Assembly (NCBI GenBank): GCA_017623675.1
Contig: JAGAOO010000006.1
Span: 16,355 to 80,354 of the forward strand
Length of the DNA stretch: 64,000 nt
Source of the DNA: Lachnospiraceae bacterium
Lineage (GTDB): Bacteria; Bacillota; Clostridia; Lachnospirales; Lachnospiraceae
Direction of reading: 5' to 3'
The position numbers and the translations under genes were made by a program. Numbering within the stretch: position 1 is the first letter of the stretch; each line of letters starts with the position of its first letter. Positions 29,508 through 38,438 of this stretch are shown here, piece after piece. Below the pieces are notes generated by a model. It saw only the letters and a program-made list of their open reading frames with translations. It was not told the DNA's origin and made no database searches.

Positions 29508-30242
29508 ATGATTTTTCTTAAAATTCTATGTGTACTAATAGGAATCATATTATGTTATATATTGTTTTTGATAGTTTCCAGCCTGTTTATTAATCCTAAT
29601 ATGGAATATGAAATTAACAGCCGATTTTATCGTTTTTTACTAAACAGCGCTACTGCCATTGCCTTCGTTGCCACGCGTCTTAAAGTCCATACCATCGGTA
29701 TGGAACATTTACCAAAAGAAGGTCGGTTCCTGCTTGTTTGTAATCATCGTTCCAAATTTGATCCGATTATCACCTGGTATATTTTGCGAAAATATGACCT
29801 CGCTTTCATTTCTAAAGCAGAGAATTTTAATGTCCCGATTTTCGGACGATTCATTCGAAAATGCTGCTTTATGGCAATCGACCGGGAGAATCCAAAGAAG
29901 GCCATGGAAACAATTCAAAGAGCCGCAAAATTAATTGAAAGGGATGAGGTTTCTATTGGTGTATATCCGGAAGGAACACGAAGCAAAACCACGGAACTGC
30001 TTCCTTTTCATAATGGCGTCTTTAAGATTGCCCAAAAGGCTAAAGTCCCAATTGTTATCGTAGCAATACAAGGTACGGAGCAAATTAAATCCAACTATCC
30101 CTTGCATCGCTCTCATATCCAACTAAGCATCTTGGAAACCTTACCAACGGATTATGTAACCAGTCATAAAACAGCCGAAATCGGCGAGTACGTCCGTTTG
30201 AAAATGAATGAAGTTTTACAACAGGAGGAGGAACCGATATGA
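29508..30242 (+). CDS. plsC: 1-acyl-sn-glycerol-3-phosphate acyltransferase
   Basis: Start moved to the ATG at 29508. N-terminal TM, HX4D motif NHRSKFD, and PEGTRS. Confidence 0.85.
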   Translation: MIFLKILCVLIGIILCYILFLIVSSLFINPNMEYEINSRFYRFLLNSATAIAFVATRLKVHTIGMEHLPKEGRFLLVCNHRSKFDPIITWYILRKYDLAFISKAENFNVPIFGRFIRKCCFMAIDRENPKKAMETIQRAAKLIERDEVSIGVYPEGTRSKTTELLPFHNGVFKIAQKAKVPIVIVAIQGTEQIKSNYPLHRSHIQLSILETLPTDYVTSHKTAEIGEYVRLKMNEVLQQEEEPI

Positions 30243-31090
30243 ATTATGTTTTATTCAATCCCCTTTCCGGTAATAATACCGGAGAAGCAAAAGCGCAACA
30301 GCTTCACACGATTTTGGCCGATTCCCAGCTAGTGTTTCGAAATATTCTAGATATTACCAGCTATTCTGATTTCTTAAATACTCTTGCTTCCGAAGACCAG
30401 TTAATTCTCTGTGGTGGCGATGGTACTTTGAATTATTTTGCAAATGCGACGAAGGATATGGAAATTAAGAACACCATACTTTATTATGCAACCGGCAGCG
30501 GAAATGATTTTTTACATGATTTGGAGAAAGAGGAAGGTGTAGAACCATTCCCTATTAATGAGTATTTGAAAAACCTTCCTACCATTACAGCCAACGGCAC
30601 CCAGAAGCTTTTTATTAACGGAATTGGCTATGGCATTGATGGATACTGTTGTGAAGTCGCAGATATACAAAAGGAGAAATCAAACAAGCCGGTAAATTAC
30701 ACTGCAATTGCAATTAAAGGTCTTTTGTTCCACTATCACCCTACCAATGCAAAAATCACCGTGGACGGTAAGGAATATACATACAACAAGGTATGGCTGG
30801 CTCCTACCATGAATGGGCGGTATTACGGTGGTGGCATGAAGGTAACTCCAAATCAAAACCGCCTGAATCATCAGACGGTTTCGGTTGCTGTTATGTATGG
30901 CTCCGGGAAATTAAAAACTCTGATGGTTTTTCCGGGCATTTTCAAGGGTGAACATGTCAAACACACAGAAATGGTTGAAATTCTTACAGGAAAAGATATC
31001 ACCGTAGAATTCGACCGTCCAACTGCATTGCAGATTGACGGGGAAACTGTGCTCGGAGTCACCAAGTATCAGGTACAGGCGGGATTATAA
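30239..31090 (+). CDS. Diacylglycerol/lipid kinase family protein (YegS/DagK-like)
   Basis: LILCGGDGTLNY motif; overlaps the plsC stop (ATGA). Confidence 0.75.
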   Translation: MNYVLFNPLSGNNTGEAKAQQLHTILADSQLVFRNILDITSYSDFLNTLASEDQLILCGGDGTLNYFANATKDMEIKNTILYYATGSGNDFLHDLEKEEGVEPFPINEYLKNLPTITANGTQKLFINGIGYGIDGYCCEVADIQKEKSNKPVNYTAIAIKGLLFHYHPTNAKITVDGKEYTYNKVWLAPTMNGRYYGGGMKVTPNQNRLNHQTVSVAVMYGSGKLKTLMVFPGIFKGEHVKHTEMVEILTGKDITVEFDRPTALQIDGETVLGVTKYQVQAGL

Positions 31091-32029
31091 AATCTCGCCT
31101 TTTCCAAGCAAGGTTGCCATAACTGCTTTTTCTGCATGACGGCGATTTTCTGCCTGGTCTAAAATATGCTCTAAATTCTTATCCACTACTTCCTGTGAAA
31201 TCTCAAACCCAACATGCATTGGCATATCATGAAGAACAATCGCCTTACTGCCCTCTAAGAACTCATCATTAATCTGATACGGCATCATCATTTTCAAGGT
31301 TTTTTCCTTCTGCTCTGCATAGGCAGGATTGTTAAAGAACTCCATGTCTACCCAGGTGTCTGTATATAGTACATCCATATCCTTAACATATGACTTTGCT
31401 TCCTCCATGGACATGGCAGGATTTAACTCCACATAGTAGCCGGTTGCTTTCGCTTTTTCATAGAAATCAGCTTCCACTGCTGTATCATTTACCAATGGGG
31501 TTAATCCATATAAAGTTCCCATTTCCATCTTAGAAAAGAATTCCACTAAGGAATTAAATACATTGTTCTTTGCACCAATATATAAGAACTTCACATTTAA
31601 AGTGCCAAACTTTTCTAACAGAGTCAGTGCATCTGCTAATATCTGGCATGGATGATAGGTACTGTCACAACCATTGATAAATGGTACGGTAGTATTGGCA
31701 CCAAACAATTCTACGGTTTCATTTTTAATTAAACGTGCCATGATAATATCTACATTTCTTCCTACATAACGAAGTTCTGACACCGGTTCTCCCAATACGA
31801 AATTCGAATCCTTCCACAACTGATTGTAATAGGTTCCGCCTAATTCTGTGATACCTGTGGTAAATGATAAGAAGGTTCTAGTAGAAGTCTTTTCAAATAA
31901 GGTATACAATTTCTTTCCCTCTAACACCTTAGAATACTTCTCCGGATTCTTCTTCATATCTAATGCAAGATTCAAAATCTGCATTAATTCCTCTTTACTA
32001 TGTTCCTTAAAATTCAACATATTTTTCAT
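31085..32029 (-). CDS. Aspartate/ornithine carbamoyltransferase-family protein with atypical motifs
   Basis: STRTF (not STRTR), HPCQILAD present, DTWVDME in place of the SMG loop, LHDMPMH in place of HCLP. Confidence 0.6.
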   Translation of the reverse strand: MKNMLNFKEHSKEELMQILNLALDMKKNPEKYSKVLEGKKLYTLFEKTSTRTFLSFTTGITELGGTYYNQLWKDSNFVLGEPVSELRYVGRNVDIIMARLIKNETVELFGANTTVPFINGCDSTYHPCQILADALTLLEKFGTLNVKFLYIGAKNNVFNSLVEFFSKMEMGTLYGLTPLVNDTAVEADFYEKAKATGYYVELNPAMSMEEAKSYVKDMDVLYTDTWVDMEFFNNPAYAEQKEKTLKMMMPYQINDEFLEGSKAIVLHDMPMHVGFEISQEVVDKNLEHILDQAENRRHAEKAVMATLLGKGEIL

Positions 32030-32377
32030 ATGATTTTCCCCTTATTCTTTCTTTGGTTTTTTATTGTTTATTGAAATCTTATGTTAGCACACTTCCCTTC
32101 GGTTTTCAAGACTGGTATGCGTTTAGATTATTTGATTATATATCTATTTTTTACATTTTTATAAAATATATTGATTTACTCATTGTATTATGATATGATG
32201 AATATACTTCGAAGTAAAAACGTAATAGTATCATTAAAATGATATTAAAACGTGTATTCTTTTGAACCATTTCGGTTCTACATTCCATATTTTTATATCC
32301 GTTTTGTTCTAACTATTGCAATATCCATAGAACGAATCAACATTTATCATTGCACTTATTTTACGAAAGGAGTATTT

Positions 32378-33439
32378 ATGACTGAAACTTTACATACTGA
32401 TATACCAGACAATACCATTCATCATATTTATGACAAAGTATTTAAGAAAATACTGACTCTTTCTTCCACTGCAGTTATAAATCTGATTAATGGACTCTTT
32501 GATACTGACTATCCAACCAACAGCACGATTACCTATAATTGGACGGAATTCGAAGACGACCATCTGCGAAAAACACTGGCAGATACCATAATCACTATTA
32601 ACGGATACCATAGCTACCACATGGAGGCTCAGACTACTCCGGATGATGAGATTATTTTTCGTGTGTTTGACTATGGCTACAGTCACGCAGAACGCAATCG
32701 GACGCATGTTGATGACGGATGTATACTGACATTTCCAGAACCCAAAATCATCTACCTGTACTCTGAAAAACCTGTACCTGAAGTATATACTCTTACTTTA
32801 GATTTTGGCTCACAGGGAACCTTTGAATACAAGGTCTCTACCTGTAACTATCAAGCGATTCCCATAGAAGAATTAAATCGCAGAAAAATGGTAATATTAA
32901 TCCCCTTCTCCCTACTGCGTTTACGGGATGCAATTAAGCAGGAACGCACACCAGATCGATTATTGCAATTGAAAACATTAATTCAAGATGGTATAATCGG
33001 AAGTATCAATAAAAATCTGACTATAGGAAATATAACACAGAGTGATGCCAGAAGATTACGAAGCTTAACTCAGAAATTATATGACCACCTATATGCTCAT
33101 TATGAAGAAATGGAGGAGTTGAATGATATGACCGATGAATCTCTTATACTGGAATATGATATAATTGAAAAGGAACATGAAACCGAATTAGCGCAAATGG
33201 ATGCCATTATTTCTGAAAAAGAAACTACCATATCCAAGATGGATATCATTATCTCGGAAAAAGATAACATCATCTCAGAAAAGGACGATATCATCTCGGA
33301 GAAGGAAAACATCATCTCGGAGAAGGAAAACATCATCTCGGAGAAGGAAAACATCATCTCGGAGAAGGAAAACATCATCTCGGAAAAAGAGGAAGAAATT
33401 CTCCAACTCCGCCGACAATTAGAAGCATTAACAAAGTAA
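32378..33439 (+). CDS. Rpn/YhgA-like PD-(D/E)XK putative nuclease with a C-terminal heptad-repeat tail
   Basis: Start moved to the ATG at 32378 (SD AAAGGAG). D...HMEAQT core-like motif. The C-terminus is (I)ISEKENI tandem heptads. Confidence 0.5.
   Translation: MTETLHTDIPDNTIHHIYDKVFKKILTLSSTAVINLINGLFDTDYPTNSTITYNWTEFEDDHLRKTLADTIITINGYHSYHMEAQTTPDDEIIFRVFDYGYSHAERNRTHVDDGCILTFPEPKIIYLYSEKPVPEVYTLTLDFGSQGTFEYKVSTCNYQAIPIEELNRRKMVILIPFSLLRLRDAIKQERTPDRLLQLKTLIQDGIIGSINKNLTIGNITQSDARRLRSLTQKLYDHLYAHYEEMEELNDMTDESLILEYDIIEKEHETELAQMDAIISEKETTISKMDIIISEKDNIISEKDDIISEKENIISEKENIISEKENIISEKENIISEKEEEILQLRRQLEALTK
33203..33394 (+). repeat. In-frame 21-bp tandem repeat inside the CDS
   Basis: ATCATCTCGGAGAAGGAAAAC repeats perfectly 4 times (33290-33373), flanked by degenerate copies. 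Confidence 0.9.
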
Positions 33440-33538
33440 TACTATTATAATGCCCAGAGTCAAACGGATTTGCATAGCATCTATTTGACCCTGGGCTATT
33501 ATTTTTTATCGAAACAGATCTAATAGCTTCTGCCATCT

Positions 33539-34312
33539 TCAGTTTAGTACCCTAGGCTTTACTTTCGTCTTCTTTCCAAAAAGCTTCTTTTTCTTTTTGC
33601 GGCGGTTTTCTTCTAAAGTTGCCGCTGCTTCTGCATTTGCCTTTTGACGGCTTCGGATTGCTTCATCTAATTTGCGGAACCGTTCTTCCTCCCGTTCTTC
33701 ATTTTCACGCATTACATAGTCCATTTGTTTTATTACCCGTTCTGATACTTTGTCTGACACTTCGTTGCTAATCGCACCTGTCAGAGAGCGATTGTTTGCT
33801 TCCAGAGCTTTTCCGATAATCTTTGTCATGATTTCCTGGAACTGTTCCATTTTTAATTCTGCTGACATGGTATCCACCGGTGCTTGACTGGATACATTGG
33901 CTAAAGCTTGTCTCATCTCAATCACCTTACTGCCACCATTCTCGTTTTCCTGCTTGTTATGCATTTCACCCGTACTCTTTTCTGAAACATACTTTTCTGT
34001 TGTTAATCCATTTGTCATCACTGCTGCCGCCTGATTCAACAGCTCACGCTGATCCAGTAATGCATTCCAATTAAAATCCTTATTCGCGTATATTTCAGGA
34101 AGCACCTGCTTGATTGCTTTCAGTTGAAATCCCTGATCCTTCATCTCACGAACCGCATGCAGAACCCGAATATCATCAGCCGTATAATAGCGATGTCCCA
34201 TCTCATTTCGCTTAATTTTCATGCCCAACTCTTCCTCCCAATAACGAAGAACATGCGGTTCTACCTTTAACTGACGAGATGTATCGGATATCATATATCG
34301 TGTTTCGTTCAT
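33539..34312 (-). CDS. MerR-family transcriptional regulator with long charged C-terminal region
   Basis: N-terminal HTH ISDTSRQLKVEPHVLRYWEEELGM...GHRYYTADDI. Confidence 0.75.
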   Translation of the reverse strand: MNETRYMISDTSRQLKVEPHVLRYWEEELGMKIKRNEMGHRYYTADDIRVLHAVREMKDQGFQLKAIKQVLPEIYANKDFNWNALLDQRELLNQAAAVMTNGLTTEKYVSEKSTGEMHNKQENENGGSKVIEMRQALANVSSQAPVDTMSAELKMEQFQEIMTKIIGKALEANNRSLTGAISNEVSDKVSERVIKQMDYVMRENEEREEERFRKLDEAIRSRQKANAEAAATLEENRRKKKKKLFGKKTKVKPRVLN

Positions 34313-34427
34313 AAAAAATCCCCCTTAGTGTGTCATGTATTCGTTGCTAGATACATGATACACCAAGGAGGATTTCTTCCTCAATTTCTATCGTATGCGA
34401 TTTTCTTATCCTTTTTGACATGATTCG

Positions 34428-34490
34428 GTTTCGACTGAGCCCTGTGTCCGAGCCAAAAAGCAGTGAAGTGAGATGCATGGCTTATGTCTC
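34428..34490 (+). repeat. Solitary degenerate unit of the ~65-nt intergenic repeat family
   Basis: CGACTGAGCC...CCGAGCC...GCAGTGAAGTGAGATGCATGGCTTATG aligns by eye with the 28050 unit. Confidence 0.5.
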
Positions 34491-34541
34491 TTATACAATC
34501 TGGAAGCTGCCGGGTTCTCCATTTAGAAAAAAACGTCATAT

Positions 34542-34881
34542 TTAAACATAACAAATCATTTGTAAATCATATGGTTCAGTTTCTGCAAATTCTTTTATTG
34601 GACAGTCTGTCAGTTCAGCTCCCATAGCTTCATAAAAAGCAATAGTTTCTTCAGATGAGCATGCTGAAATATACAAAGCCTCTGCTCCGGCCTTTCGGGC
34701 TTCTCCCTTTCCTGCATCAAACAGTCTCCTTCCAAATCCCAGTCTTCTGTATAAACACAGTCTACCAGAACATATTCTCCATTATGCTTACGATAAACGT
34801 TTTTACATCATGTTTTCTTTGGTAATTGTCCAAAGAATCTAGTTTAAAATTTTCTGTTGATAATAATTCAATTCTAATCAA
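34542..34881 (-). pseudogene. GNAT-family N-acetyltransferase remnant (frameshifted, internally deleted)
   Basis: Own translation finds fragments in three frames: (L)IRIELLSTENFKLDSLDNYQRKHDV / KNVYRKHNGEYVLVDCVYTEDWDLE / RRLFDAGKGEARKAGAEALYISACSSEETIAFYEAMGAEL... Confidence 0.6.
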
Positions 34882-34934
34882 TTTTTTCTCTCCTAAAATA
34901 CAAATCTAATCTGTTGTAATTCATTTATTATCTT

Positions 34935-35822
34935 TTAATAATTTTTTTGCTTTACACAAATGATGACTGCCATAATAATCATTGGAATCATGCTGATAAT
35001 ACCAATATATGCCGGCCCAAGAATTGCCTTATCTGCATACTCGGGTTTAGAAAGATAAGCAAATATGGTAAATGCATTGGTTGCACCATGCATCAGTGAC
35101 GGAAGCCAGATGGTTTCTGTCTTTTCATACACATAATCAAACAAAATACCCATCATAACGGTACAGATACAGAATACAATCGGTCCGAGTACCGGTGCAC
35201 CAATATATTCTTTCCCATACTCATAGCCGGCAAAAATCATAACCGGCCAGTGCCAAGCCCCCCAGATTGCACCACCCACGATACGTCCCTTGGTGACACC
35301 AAGTTTCTCTTTAAGATATGGATACAAAGCACCTCTCCAACCGACCTCTTCACCTAACGCAATAAACATATTAATAAATGGTACATATGTAACCGCCTGA
35401 ATTGCAGAAATCAATAGATACATTGGAACCGTTAAGCCTTGTGCTTCTAACTGCTCAAGTGCGCCAGCCTCTTCTAAAAGTCCATGCAAAGTCAAAAATT
35501 CAGAATCAAACGCATCCGGGAAAATTGCAAAAAACAAAACACCACCAACAATGCTTAATAATGCAGGAACCCAAAGTGCAAAGAAAACATATCTAATTCT
35601 CCCTTTCAAATGCGGAACCCATCCCATGCCTTTTAGTGATATTCTTGCTATGAGCACTCCCAGGAAAGGCATATACATCGCAATCATTAAAATAACTTGA
35701 AATACCATTTGATTTCCTTTGTTGCTATAAATGCTTGCAATCATTTCCAAAATCCAGGCCAGGCCAAATGCCACTATCATATATATCGTAAATTGCTTTT
35801 TACTAATTATATTTTTTTCCAT
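34935..35822 (-). CDS. CPBP-family intramembrane glutamic endopeptidase (CAAX protease/Abi-like)
   Basis: Polytopic. Motifs EEVGWRG, FxxxH-like AWHW and HGATN. Confidence 0.8.
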   Translation of the reverse strand: MEKNIISKKQFTIYMIVAFGLAWILEMIASIYSNKGNQMVFQVILMIAMYMPFLGVLIARISLKGMGWVPHLKGRIRYVFFALWVPALLSIVGGVLFFAIFPDAFDSEFLTLHGLLEEAGALEQLEAQGLTVPMYLLISAIQAVTYVPFINMFIALGEEVGWRGALYPYLKEKLGVTKGRIVGGAIWGAWHWPVMIFAGYEYGKEYIGAPVLGPIVFCICTVMMGILFDYVYEKTETIWLPSLMHGATNAFTIFAYLSKPEYADKAILGPAYIGIISMIPMIIMAVIICVKQKNY

Positions 35823-36550
35823 TATGAATTAACCCCTTTTCTATATACTTCAAGACTCCATATTCTTCTCTTACAACTAGGACAAGTTAACTTTCTCATT
35901 TTTGGAGTATGATTTCCAAATACTGCTTCCATTTTCTTAGGCCGAAACCTGGTATGGCATTCAGGACAAATATACTCTATCTGTTTATACCAATAGTCAA
36001 ACATAAAAATAAGACAAATACTAACCACAGCCAAAGCTACAAAAAATGGTATCCATATTCCTTTTAGTATACCGATAACAAAAGTCACAATTTCTACAGT
36101 TTCTAGCGGAATTGCGATTACCACTATCTTTTTATACATTTTCTTTAATTTATCTTTTTCTTCCATAACCTGCGATATGTCATGAATTGTTTTTTGCGTT
36201 CCGTCCTTGAAAGAAGATAAGGCACTTCTTATACTTTTTATTTTTTCTAATTGTTCCGTTTTTCTCTTAACATCTTCCTGAATATTTTTCTCTTGTTCAT
36301 CAAGCAAAAGTTCAATTACTTTTTTTGACTCATCGGATTCCAATAATTCAGCAATATCTTTAATGGAGATATCCAAGTCTCTTAAAAAACAAATTGTTTC
36401 CAATGTAACAACATCATCTTCAGAGAAAAGTCTTCTTCCTCCCTCTGTCAAATCCGTTGGAACAAGAATTCCTCTTTCATCATAGTACTGAACAGTTCTT
36501 ACTGAAACACCACACTTCTTTGCAAGTTCTCCGGTTGTGTATAATGACAT
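35822..36550 (-). CDS. Membrane-anchored MerR-type regulator with C-terminal zinc ribbon
   Basis: Start at 36550 (SD AAGGAGG). HTH YTTGELAKKCGVSVRTVQYYDERGIL, a coiled region, 2 TM helices, then CPEC...CPSC. Its stop overlaps the CPBP start (TAATG). Confidence 0.7.
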   Translation of the reverse strand: MSLYTTGELAKKCGVSVRTVQYYDERGILVPTDLTEGGRRLFSEDDVVTLETICFLRDLDISIKDIAELLESDESKKVIELLLDEQEKNIQEDVKRKTEQLEKIKSIRSALSSFKDGTQKTIHDISQVMEEKDKLKKMYKKIVVIAIPLETVEIVTFVIGILKGIWIPFFVALAVVSICLIFMFDYWYKQIEYICPECHTRFRPKKMEAVFGNHTPKMRKLTCPSCKRRIWSLEVYRKGVNS

Positions 36551-36679
36551 ATCTCTGCCTCCTTTCAAAGGCTATATTAGTATATAACGCAGCGTGACAA
36601 GCAATATATCACGCTGCGTTATTTTTAGAATATATTATCGACCTTATCCCATTAAACTGGAATTTTCATAAATTGTTTA

Positions 36680-37321
36680 TTATATCAGATTCAACCAATA
36701 CAACACATAAGAAAGCAATATAAATAATGCAGGAATAGCTATCAGCAACAATATCCCAATTAAATGATTCTTTCTTTCAGTTCTCGATGCTGTCAATCCA
36801 TATGGCTCTTTCCACAAATGTGTGATGGTCAAAAAGATGTATATAGCCCAATATGTACATGAGGGAATTGCAGCGTATCCTGTCCATTCTGAATCAGTTA
36901 ATACAGTTCCTCTTTCAAATAATAAAAAGCTTACAATTGAAATAATGGGACAAATATAATGTAACAACAAATTGGCTTTCTTGGGTTCTAATCCTCCAAA
37001 CAAATCTGTATGAGATTTACTTTTTCCGGATTTGAACCTTGGTGCTAAAAAAAAGGCAAAAACAAACATAGTAGCCGCAAGACCACACGTTGCCGTATAT
37101 CGTAATCCTTTAATTAATTCAGGAACATTACCATATCCCAATAATTCTATAATAGCAAAACCACAGAATAAAATGCTTATAGCAAGAGCAATAAAATTCT
37201 GAAGAAAAGTATAGAACTTCAATATATTTAACTTGTTCTTTACTTTTAGAAAGGTTGCACCTTCTATTATAATAAGTAAAAAGTTAAACATTAAAGCCAT
37301 AATTAATTGAACTGTTCTCAT
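36680..37321 (-). CDS. Hypothetical polytopic membrane protein
   Basis: About 6 hydrophobic helices, AT-rich codon usage, SD GGAAGGA upstream of the ATG at 37321. Confidence 0.5.
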   Translation of the reverse strand: MRTVQLIMALMFNFLLIIIEGATFLKVKNKLNILKFYTFLQNFIALAISILFCGFAIIELLGYGNVPELIKGLRYTATCGLAATMFVFAFFLAPRFKSGKSKSHTDLFGGLEPKKANLLLHYICPIISIVSFLLFERGTVLTDSEWTGYAAIPSCTYWAIYIFLTITHLWKEPYGLTASRTERKNHLIGILLLIAIPALFILLSYVLYWLNLI

Positions 37322-37419
37322 ATATCTATCCTTCCGCAAATTCCTATTTTTCTCTACTCAACCACCTCGCCAAATTGGAAGTTGTCTATTTCTTGCAAAT
37401 CAATTAAATATCAATTTTT

Positions 37420-37683
37420 TTAATTATTCTTTTTAATTTCTTCTATCAATTCATAGCAAAACTTTTTCCATTTATCCATGTCATCATCACTTGGGAACCA
37501 TATTCTCCCACCTACGCTAAATTCTATAGATGAAGCGTCTAATGACTCAAAATATACTCGTGGTTCATATGGATGCCCCGACATACGATACTTAAAATTC
37601 TTTCCATCTATGATAGTTTCAAAAACGCCAAAGTGTTCTAAATTATAAAATTTGCATATACTATCTTGATATTTAATATCCAT
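37420..37683 (-). CDS. Hypothetical small cytoplasmic protein
   Basis: 87-aa ORF with no recognisable motif, in an AT-rich islet. Confidence 0.4.
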   Translation of the reverse strand: MDIKYQDSICKFYNLEHFGVFETIIDGKNFKYRMSGHPYEPRVYFESLDASSIEFSVGGRIWFPSDDDMDKWKKFCYELIEEIKKNN

Positions 37684-37814
37684 AACATTACCACCTTATT
37701 AATATGTAAATTGGAATTTGACACTTCACAACTTCGTACCTAAGTTTCATTTTAATAATTTATAGCATTTATTAATTCCAATAACGACTCCTGTCCATCA
37801 TCCGAACCAAGCAA

Positions 37815-38384
37815 CTAATAAGAATCACAATACTCATCATTAACTGCTTTTACTTCAAGAAATGGTTCCACTGTTAAGCCATTTATCAGCATTCTATATA
37901 ATTCACTTCGTTCTTTTGTAAATCCATGTTCTTGAGCAAATCTACCAAATACCTCTTCGTGTTCACTCTGCTCAGTTTCATCCATACTATCAAGAAAATC
38001 TTTCTCGGTTTTCAAAATACTTACATCACAGTAATCAGAAACATACTTTCCAAACGCTATTATATTCATAAAATCGTCAATGCATTTTGCTACTATTCCA
38101 CATTCACCTTCGGTACCTATATATCCAATCATTTCATCATTTATAACTACCCATAAAGCTCCCGATCCATCTCTTGCAAAAGGTTTCCTATCACTATAAC
38201 TTGAAATACCTGGCCCCATAAGATCTTCCAACCAATTGTCATCATCTTCAAGATCTTTTACCCAATTTTCATCATATATTTCAACATCACAATCATAAAA
38301 AGCATCTAATAATTCATTATCATCAGTTATTTCTTCCATATACTTTTTAAGTTTATCAGGTAAACTTGTATTATCAAATTTCAT
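37815..38384 (-). CDS. Hypothetical acidic protein, possibly SMI1/KNR4 (SUKH)-like immunity-type fold
   Basis: 189 aa, very acidic. The ...RDGSGALWVVINDEMIGY... segment resembles SUKH family cores as I recall them (weak). Confidence 0.35.
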   Translation of the reverse strand: MKFDNTSLPDKLKKYMEEITDDNELLDAFYDCDVEIYDENWVKDLEDDDNWLEDLMGPGISSYSDRKPFARDGSGALWVVINDEMIGYIGTEGECGIVAKCIDDFMNIIAFGKYVSDYCDVSILKTEKDFLDSMDETEQSEHEEVFGRFAQEHGFTKERSELYRMLINGLTVEPFLEVKAVNDEYCDSY

Positions 38385-38438
38385 TAATACTCTCCTTCAT
38401 AAAATTAGAATTCACCATCCCTACAAATCCCGATTTGT

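Noticed and set aside
33100-33422. ORFs 33100-33378 (-) and 33201-33422 (+) with repetitive MMFSFSE / RRRKTSS peptides
   Set aside because: They are alternative-frame or opposite-strand readings of the 21-bp tandem repeat inside the Rpn-like CDS.
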